From an uncultured Chloroflexia bacterium (lineage in GTDB: Bacteria; Chloroflexota; Limnocylindria; Limnocylindrales; CSP1-4), in assembly GCA_963828165.1 (NCBI GenBank), contig CAWHDR010000001.1, positions 896,001 through 960,000 on the forward strand: a stretch of DNA of 64,000 nucleotides, written 5' to 3'. How positions within the stretch are numbered: the stretch's first letter is position 1; each line of letters opens with the position of its first letter. The notes under the pieces are model-generated. The model made no database searches, was not told the DNA's origin, and saw nothing but the letters and a program-made list of their open reading frames with translations. Positions 57,774 through 64,000 of the stretch are shown piece by piece. Made by a program: the position numbers and the translations under genes.

Positions 57774-57912
57774 AGGACCGGATTCCAAGATGGGTCGGCG
57801 GCTCGGTGCTGCTCAACATCCTGTGTGTCCGAGGTCTTCGACGATGGAACAAGCCGATCACCGGCGAGCTAAACATGTGACATGAGTGTCCCGGCGAGCG
57901 TGACATGCTCAT

Positions 57913-57940
57913 GTACCCCTCACACCGGTGTGAGGGGTAC
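57913..57940. repeat. Perfect 28-bp palindrome formed by two abutted element ends around CCGG
   Basis: GTACCCCTCACA-CCGG-TGTGAGGGGTAC. Confidence 0.85.
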
Positions 57941-58553
57941 GTCACGATGTCATGTCTGTCAGGGCGCGTCGTCGACTTGCAGGTCCATAGGCCATGGATC
58001 AGCGTCACACACCACGAACGCGCCGTCGGCGTTCAGGGCGGGGCTGTTGGGGTCACCATCCGAGAGCACGATAATGCGCGTTCCGGTGGTACCGCGAACG
58101 CTACCTGTGGCGTCCAGGACCTCGAATTGCCCACCGTCTGTCGCACGGATCTCCCAGCCGTCGGGCACGTCGAGCGGCACGGGGTCGGAGGGAAGGTTGT
58201 GCTGAATGCTCCTGAAGACCGGCCGCCCGTTCTCGGCAACAAGGTTGCCGTGGAACTGTTCCAGCGAGCATCCCACGACGTCATCGTGAGCGCTACGTAC
58301 CGTCTGCGAACACGCGACGAGCGCGAGGGACAGCACGAAACCGACGGCATTGGCAACGACCGCGCGGTGGGATGCGGTGAGGGTGCGCATGGCGCGATCA
58401 TCCCTTCCAACATCGGCGGCGGCAAACGTCTCTCGGCCCGACTGGAGTGCGATCGCGACCACTACCTCGACCAACCGCGTATGACGCATAGGGCCGAGTA
58501 GAACACTTGACACGCCTGTCCCGCGAGCGTGACATGCTCGTGAACCCCTGACA
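57929..58553. mobile_element. Putative non-autonomous mini-element, unit 2 (625 bp, one passenger gene)
   Basis: Begins TGTGAGGGGTAC...ATGTCA, ends TGACATGCTCGTGAACCCCTGACA, flanked on both sides by CCGG. Confidence 0.7.
57959..58390 (-). CDS. Putative lipoprotein (passenger of unit 2)
   Basis: Lipobox LVAC; two further Cys; P.GW...VLDATG.V motif. Confidence 0.65.
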   Translation of the reverse strand: MRTLTASHRAVVANAVGFVLSLALVACSQTVRSAHDDVVGCSLEQFHGNLVAENGRPVFRSIQHNLPSDPVPLDVPDGWEIRATDGGQFEVLDATGSVRGTTGTRIIVLSDGDPNSPALNADGAFVVCDADPWPMDLQVDDAP

Positions 58554-58570
58554 CCGGGGGTTGGCGGTGC

Positions 58571-59801
58571 CTACTCCTCGATGCGTTCCACGATCGTCGC
58601 GATGCCCTGGCCGACGCCGATGCACATCGTGGCGAGGCCGTAGCGACCACCGGTTCGCCGCAGCTCGTGCGTGAGCATCGTGATCAGGCGGCCGCCGCTC
58701 ATCCCCAGCGGATGTCCGAGCGCGATCGCGCCACCATTCGGGTTCACCGTGGCCGGGTCGAGCCGCAGCTCGTCGATGACCGCGATCGACTGCGACGCGA
58801 AGGCCTCGTTCAGCTCGACGACGTCGAGGTCGTCGATGCCGATCCCGGCGCGCTCGAGCGCCTTGCGCGTGGCGGGCACCGGGCCGATGCCCATCACCGC
58901 CGGGTCCACGCCGGCGACGGCGGTCGACACGACCCGGGCGAGCGGCTTGAGACCCAACTCGCGGGCCCGCTTCGCCTCCACGAGCAGGACCGCCGAAGCG
59001 CCGTCGTTGATCCCGGAGCTGTTGCCGGCCGTGACCGACCCGCCGTCCTGCTTGAACGCCGGTCGGAGCTTCGCCAGCGCTTCGGCGGACGTGTCGGCGC
59101 GGGGATGCTCGTCGCGCGCGACGGTCGTCGTCTCGCCCTTGCGCCCGGCGACCTCGACCGGGACGATCTGGCCGTCGAACCTGCCGCGCCTCGATCGCCG
59201 CGACGGCGCGACGCTGGCTCTCGAGCGCGAAGGCGTCCTGGCGCTCGCGGTCGACGCCGTAGCGCTCCGCGACGTTCTCCGCCGTCTCGCCCATCGAGTA
59301 CGGGTAGTACATCTCGGCGAGCTTGGGATTGAGAAAGCGCCAGCCGAGCGTCGTGTCCTCGACCTCGCGTGGCCCGCGGTCCCACGCGTTCGCGGGCTTG
59401 GCCATGACGTACGGGGCCCGCGTCATCGATTCCACGCCGCCGCCGATGAACACGTCGCCGTCCCCCACGGCGATGGCGTGGGCGGCCGAGTTGACTGCCT
59501 GCAGGCCCGACCCGCACAGCCGGTTGACGGTCAACCCACCGACCTCGACCGGGAAGCCGGCCAGCAGGACCGCCATCCGGGCGACGTCGCGGTTGTCCTC
59601 GCCCGCCTGGTTCGCGCAGCCAAGGATCACGTCCTCGACCAAGGAGGCGTCGATGCCGGCGCGGTCCACGACGGCCCGAAGCACGAGCGCAGCGAGGTCG
59701 TCCGGCCGGACGCTCGCGAGCGCCCCGCCGTAGCGGCCGATCGGGGTACGGACCGCCTCGACGATCCAGGCGTCGCGGAGGGTTCGGTTCGAGTCAGGCA
59801 C
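58571..59801 (-). CDS. pcaF: 3-oxoadipyl-CoA/acetyl-CoA thiolase (PcaF/PaaJ), apparent +1 frameshift at about 59188
   Basis: [53 protein letters not shown], split over two frames. Confidence 0.9.
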
Positions 59802-59948
59802 GCACGGATTGTAGGCGGCGACCGGCCGGGCGGGCCGAGACGAGCCCGAGCACGTGCGCTACGGCAGTTTCGAGAGCGCTTCGCCCACGAGCGTCTCGTC
59901 GGCCGCAGCGACCGTGAAGGACACATCGCCGGCGCCGTCCGTGATGGG

Positions 59949-61070
59949 TCAGCCGGAGGCGGTCATTCGCTCGAACGGGCCCATCGGGTGCGCGGCGCCG
60001 AGTCGGAGCGCGAGGTCGATGTCGGATTCGGTCGCGACGCCGTCGGCGAGGGCGCGCTGCGCCTCGGCGTCGATCGCCCGGAGGATCCGCGAGGTGATCT
60101 CCGCCGGGGGTAGCTCAGTGGCCGGCCGTTCAGCAACCCGGAATTCGGGGGCGATCGAGTCGCGACGGCCCTCCGTGTAGGTGTAGAACCCGACGCCGCT
60201 CTTGCGGCCCAGGTGCTCCGCGGCCGCCAGTCGTTCCTGGATCTCCGACGGCCGCAGGTGCTCGGGCCGACCCAGGCCCTCCCACACGCCCCGTGCGGCA
60301 GCGAGCGTCACGTCGATGCCGGTGAGGTCCATGAGCTCGAACGGACCGAGCGGGAATCCGGCCGCGCGCATCGCCTCGTCGATGCTCTCGACGGATGCGA
60401 CTCCCGACTCGAGGATGCGCAGCGCCTCGATCGTGAACGGGCGGTTCACCCGGTTGACGACGAACCCCGGCGAATCCGTGCAACGAACGGGGGTCTTGTC
60501 CCAGGTCCTGACGATCTCCTCTGCGCGCGCGACGACCTCGCGGGCGGTCAGCGCCCCGGGCACGACCTCCACGAGGGCCATGCGGGGCACCGGGTTGAAG
60601 AAATGCAACCCGAGGACCCGTGCGGGCGTGGCGGTCGCCGCGGCGATCGCCTCGATCGACAGCGCGCTGGTGTTGGTCGCCAGGATCGTGTCACTCCGGG
60701 CACCCGCGTCGAGCGCTCGGAAGATCTCCTGCTTCAGACCAAGGTCCTCGAGGGCCGCCTCGACGACGAGCTCCGCCTCGGCCGCGACCGCGTCCAGCGT
60801 CCGAGCATCGCGCAATCGTTCGAGGCGGCCTGCCGCCCACGCGTCGATCGAGTCCGGATCCAGGTCGAGCGGCGCGGCGCGGCGCTCGAGCCCACGCTGG
60901 ATGCCGGCCCGAGCACGCGCGATGGCGGAGGGATCGACGTCGTGAAGGACGACTTCGGAGCCCGCCTCGAGCGCGACCTGTGCGATGCCGGCACCCATGG
61001 CGCCCGCGCCGACGACCCCGATGATCGGGAGCGCGCGCGGCTGGAGGTCGGGCGTGGATGAGCCGGTCAC
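59949..61070 (-). CDS. paaH: 3-hydroxyacyl-CoA dehydrogenase
   Basis: GAGAMGAGIA, LATNTSAL, GLHFFNP, PGFVVNR, GPFELMDLTG. Confidence 0.9.
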   Translation of the reverse strand: MTGSSTPDLQPRALPIIGVVGAGAMGAGIAQVALEAGSEVVLHDVDPSAIARARAGIQRGLERRAAPLDLDPDSIDAWAAGRLERLRDARTLDAVAAEAELVVEAALEDLGLKQEIFRALDAGARSDTILATNTSALSIEAIAAATATPARVLGLHFFNPVPRMALVEVVPGALTAREVVARAEEIVRTWDKTPVRCTDSPGFVVNRVNRPFTIEALRILESGVASVESIDEAMRAAGFPLGPFELMDLTGIDVTLAAARGVWEGLGRPEHLRPSEIQERLAAAEHLGRKSGVGFYTYTEGRRDSIAPEFRVAERPATELPPAEITSRILRAIDAEAQRALADGVATESDIDLALRLGAAHPMGPFERMTASG

Positions 61071-61113
61071 GAGCGGAGCATAGGCGTCCGCGTGGAAGGT
61101 TCGGGGCGGCCGA

Positions 61114-61257
61114 CTAGCGGCGGCGGACCGTTCGCGTCGCGACGACCGGCACCGGGGACGGCGCCGGCGTTCGGAAGGCCTCGATCAGGGCGCGCAACAC
61201 GGCCCACAGGACACGCTCGCGGCCCTCGGCAGGGGCACTCGATCGCTGGCTGTTCAT
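61114..61257 (-). CDS. Candidate 47-aa small protein
   Basis: GGAGG 6 nt before ATG; MNSQRSSAPAEGRERVLWAVLRALIEAFRTPAPSPVPVVATRTVRRR. Confidence 0.45.
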   Translation of the reverse strand: MNSQRSSAPAEGRERVLWAVLRALIEAFRTPAPSPVPVVATRTVRRR

Positions 61258-61362
61258 GCACATCCTCCACGTGCGGGCGTCAGGTATGCGCCTTGGTTCG
61301 GGTGGTGCGCATCGTCAACCGGGGTGCGCATATCGAATCGGCGTAACAGCGTCGAAAGCCGT

Positions 61363-61887
61363 TCAGACGGTCTTGAGCGCCTCGAACGGTTGCCGGCACG
61401 CACGGCAATAGAACAGCGAGCGGCACTGCGTCGGCCCGAACGCGCTGTCCATCACGACCTGGCCCGAAGCACAGAACGGACAGCGCACGTCGGCGTGCTC
61501 GGACGGCGGGGCGATGCCCACGGACGCGAGCGCGCGCTTGCCCGACGCCGAGATCCGGTCGGACGTCCAGGGCACCTCGAACGTCGTGTCGACCGCGACT
61601 GGCAGTCCGAAGGTGGCAAGGCGGTCCGAGATCGAACCACGGATGACGTCCAGCGCCGGGCAACCGACGAAGGTCGGCAGGATCACGACCCGGATGCCCT
61701 GGGCATCGACTTCGACGCGGTGCACGATCCCGAGATCGACCACGGACAGGACGGGCAGCTCGGGATCCGGGACCTCGTCTAGGGCCGCACGCACGTCCGC
61801 GACCGTGGGCAGTGACGTCGCAGGGTGCACCTCGGCCCGAGCACGGGCCCGGGCGACCGAGACGTGGGTTCCGAGCTCGCTCACCAC
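61363..61887 (-). CDS. paaD: Phenylacetyl-CoA epoxidase subunit PaaD
   Basis: VPDPELPVLSVVDLG, PTFVGCPA, WTSDRI, CPFC...FGPTQCR...C..C.QPFE. Confidence 0.92.
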   Translation of the reverse strand: MVSELGTHVSVARARARAEVHPATSLPTVADVRAALDEVPDPELPVLSVVDLGIVHRVEVDAQGIRVVILPTFVGCPALDVIRGSISDRLATFGLPVAVDTTFEVPWTSDRISASGKRALASVGIAPPSEHADVRCPFCASGQVVMDSAFGPTQCRSLFYCRACRQPFEALKTV

Positions 61888-62675
61888 GTGGCTCCCGGGT
61901 CGCTCCGCCGGACGGCGGTGAACTCGCCGTGCAGCCAGCTGAAGGGCTCGCCGTGGTCGCTGCGGCCGCGGGCGGGGTCACGCGTCTCGGGCAGTGCCGG
62001 CAGACCGAGCCGTTCAAGCGTGGGCGCCACGCCGGCACGCCAGTGGCCCTCGAGCTCTGCCATCGGTCGACCCAGGATCCCGGCCTCGAGGAGTGCCGGT
62101 TCGCCGGGGAGTGGCGTGAACACCGTCCCGGAATCCGGTCCCAGCGTCTCGAGCGCAGCGATGAGGCGGTCGCGCGGCTCCCCGGCCGTGGTCGCGAGGC
62201 GGTCCAGCCACAGGTCGACATGCATGAGGTGGTATCGCTCCTCGCGCACGAGCTTGCCGACGAGTTCCGCGAGGGGCCGCCACGAGGCGGCGACGAGCGC
62301 CGCGAGACGAACGGAGTCCGCGGTTTCGTACAGATAGCGCCGGGCGATGGTCATCGCCCAGTCCCCACGGCCATGATCCAGGAGCCGCGCATGCCGGTAT
62401 GCGGAGGGCTCGCGGTCGTAGGCGAGCGAGTCCGCGTCGCCGCTGCCCGTGACCGTGGCCAGCAATTGGAACAGCGCCTGCGCGTGACCCAGCTCGTCCT
62501 GGGCCAGCGAGCTCATCGCGATGTCCTCCTCGAGCTGCGGGGCGATCCCCGTCCACTCCGAATCGGAGAATCCGATGACGAACTCGTCGTCCGCCATCGA
62601 GCGCAGCAGCTCTTCGAGGCCGTCGACCGCCGGAGCGGGGTCAATCGGCGCGGTCAAGCCGGTCGCCGCGCTCAT
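61881..62675 (-). CDS. paaC: Phenylacetyl-CoA epoxidase subunit PaaC
   Basis: SEWTGIAPQLEEDIA, QDELGHA, REERYH. Confidence 0.92.
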   Translation of the reverse strand: MSAATGLTAPIDPAPAVDGLEELLRSMADDEFVIGFSDSEWTGIAPQLEEDIAMSSLAQDELGHAQALFQLLATVTGSGDADSLAYDREPSAYRHARLLDHGRGDWAMTIARRYLYETADSVRLAALVAASWRPLAELVGKLVREERYHLMHVDLWLDRLATTAGEPRDRLIAALETLGPDSGTVFTPLPGEPALLEAGILGRPMAELEGHWRAGVAPTLERLGLPALPETRDPARGRSDHGEPFSWLHGEFTAVRRSDPGATW

Positions 62676-63016
62676 GTGGCCCGTGCCTTCGGCTTCTGCT
62701 GACCCGCGGCCGAGCGGGCCGCCGCAAGCTTGTCCCGCATGACGTAGCCACCGGGCTTCTTGAAGGAGCGGTCGAGCGGCGGCTGGAGCAGGTCCGGGTC
62801 GTGCAGGTCGACGACATCGGCGCGGCGGACGATCCACAGGCGGACGCTCTCCTGGCGGCGGCCGAACAGCTCGCGGGCGTAGTGCATGGCGAGCTCGGCG
62901 TCCGGCGCCATGACGCTCCCGCCATGGCGCATCGGGTCGCCGTCCTTCTCCTGGCGGAACACCTCCCAGGGCTCGAGCGCCCCCGGCACGGGCGGCGTCG
63001 CGCGGCGCGCCGTCAT
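62672..63016 (-). CDS. paaB: Phenylacetyl-CoA epoxidase subunit PaaB
   Basis: PWEVFRQ...HGGSV.APDAELA..AR..F.RR.E..LW.V. Confidence 0.9.
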   Translation of the reverse strand: MTARRATPPVPGALEPWEVFRQEKDGDPMRHGGSVMAPDAELAMHYARELFGRRQESVRLWIVRRADVVDLHDPDLLQPPLDRSFKKPGGYVMRDKLAAARSAAGQQKPKARAT

Positions 63017-64000
63017 GCTGCCTGCGGCGCGGCCAGGATCGTCTCGCGGACCCAGGCCGTCTCCTTCCGAGCCAGCCGCCGGAATTCCAGCCGCTCCTCG
63101 GACATCGGGCCGTGGTTCGTGACGACCGTGCGCAGCTCGTCCCAGTCGGGCTCCGTGTATCGCCACTCTCCGGCGTCCTCGTCGAAGCGCAACTCCGGGT
63201 CGGGGATCACGAGGCCGAGCTCGCGGATGCGCGGGACATAGATCGTCAGGAACTCCTGGCGCAGCTCCTCGGAGGTCTTCGCCTTGATCCGCCAGCGGAG
63301 GTCCTTGTCCTTCTCACGCGGAGAGCGCGGGCCGTGCATCTGCATCAGCGGTCCCCACCAGCGGTCGAGGGCCTCCTGGATCGCGGTGCGCTGGGCCGGC
63401 GACCCGGTCACCATGGTCACGACGACGTCGCGCCCATGCATGATGTGGACCGACTCCTCCCAGCAGATCTTGCGCATCGTCCGGGCGTACGGCGCGTACG
63501 ACGAGTTGCGGAGCGCCTGCTGCGCGACGATCGCCGCCGCATCCACGAGCCAGGCGATCATCCCGACATCGGCCCACGACCGAGTCGGGTAGTGGAACAC
63601 GTTATGGAACTTGGTCTTGCCGGCAAGCAGGTCGTCGAACATGGCCTCGCGCGGCTTGCCGAGGTCCTCCGCGACGCGGTACAGGAGCTGGGCGTGACCC
63701 ACCTCGTCCTGGATCTTGGCCGTCAGCGCGAGCTTCCGGCGAAGGGTTGGCGCCCGCATGATCCAGTCGCGCTCGGGGAGGACACCCATGAGCTCGGAGT
63801 TGGCGTGCATCTCGACGAAGCGCAGGACCGCGGTCCGGTACTCGTCGGGCATCGAATCGGTCGATTCCACGGTCCCGCCGGCGGCAAGGTGCGCTTCGAA
63901 GCGCTCGAACCAGGCGTCGTACGCCTCGTCATGGGCGCGCATGGGCGCTGGCGTGGACGGGGCGGCGTCCGTCGAACGGTCGCCGGGCGCGAGGACCGGA
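63013..64000 (-). CDS. paaA: Phenylacetyl-CoA epoxidase subunit PaaA (5' end may lie beyond the window)
   Basis: HANSE.MG.LPE..W...APTL.RK, KIQDEVGH, SYAPYAR, ICWEES.H; frame open to the window edge. Confidence 0.93.
   Translation of the reverse strand, partial: PVLAPGDRSTDAAPSTPAPMRAHDEAYDAWFERFEAHLAAGGTVESTDSMPDEYRTAVLRFVEMHANSELMGVLPERDWIMRAPTLRRKLALTAKIQDEVGHAQLLYRVAEDLGKPREAMFDDLLAGKTKFHNVFHYPTRSWADVGMIAWLVDAAAIVAQQALRNSSYAPYARTMRKICWEESVHIMHGRDVVVTMVTGSPAQRTAIQEALDRWWGPLMQMHGPRSPREKDKDLRWRIKAKTSEELRQEFLTIYVPRIRELGLVIPDPELRFDEDAGEWRYTEPDWDELRTVVTNHGPMSEERLEFRRLARKETAWVRETILAAPQAA

Larger units (their letters stand above)
46240..57924. mobile_element. Putative non-autonomous transposon, unit 1 (11.7 kb cargo, no transposase)
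   Basis: Left end cGTGAGGGGTCCATGAGGATGTCA is an inverted match to right end TGACATGCTCATGTACCCCTCACA; cargo of pseudogenes and detox-type genes sits between core genes. Confidence 0.65.

Noticed and set aside
57905-57950. MerR/TipA-type operator
   Set aside because: The palindrome resembles one, but no MerR gene or downstream target is present, and its halves match separate ends at 46240 and 58553.

Overview
High-GC bacterial chromosomal window; the gene style suggests Chloroflexota (Limnocylindria-like) or a similar soil lineage, which is an inference. In order it holds: a truncated sugar-ABC permease running in frame into pntAA-pntAB-pntB; a minus-strand run of RCK-domain channel, MgtC, YbaK, AlaX and a cupredoxin; a candidate ~250-nt structured RNA; an AAA+/LuxR regulator; an orphan amino-methyltransferase; a tRNA-Ile with the rare UAU anticodon; a cysteine-free rhodanese facing a class-V PLP enzyme; an ATP-dependent DNA ligase; a ~19-kb choline/glycine-betaine catabolic cluster; several housekeeping genes; a 12.3-kb accessory island; and part of a phenylacetate (paa) operon. 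The island (46240-58553) appears to be two tandem, transposase-less elements with TGT...ACA ends and repeated G(G/T)AC-N4-6-(A/G)TGTCA sites. CCGG separates the two units and follows the second. The larger unit carries detox-type cargo and three copies of one LysR-type promoter module with identical spacing. Three single-base frameshifts in core genes look like sequencing or assembly errors. All products are called from motifs read by eye; no database search was run.
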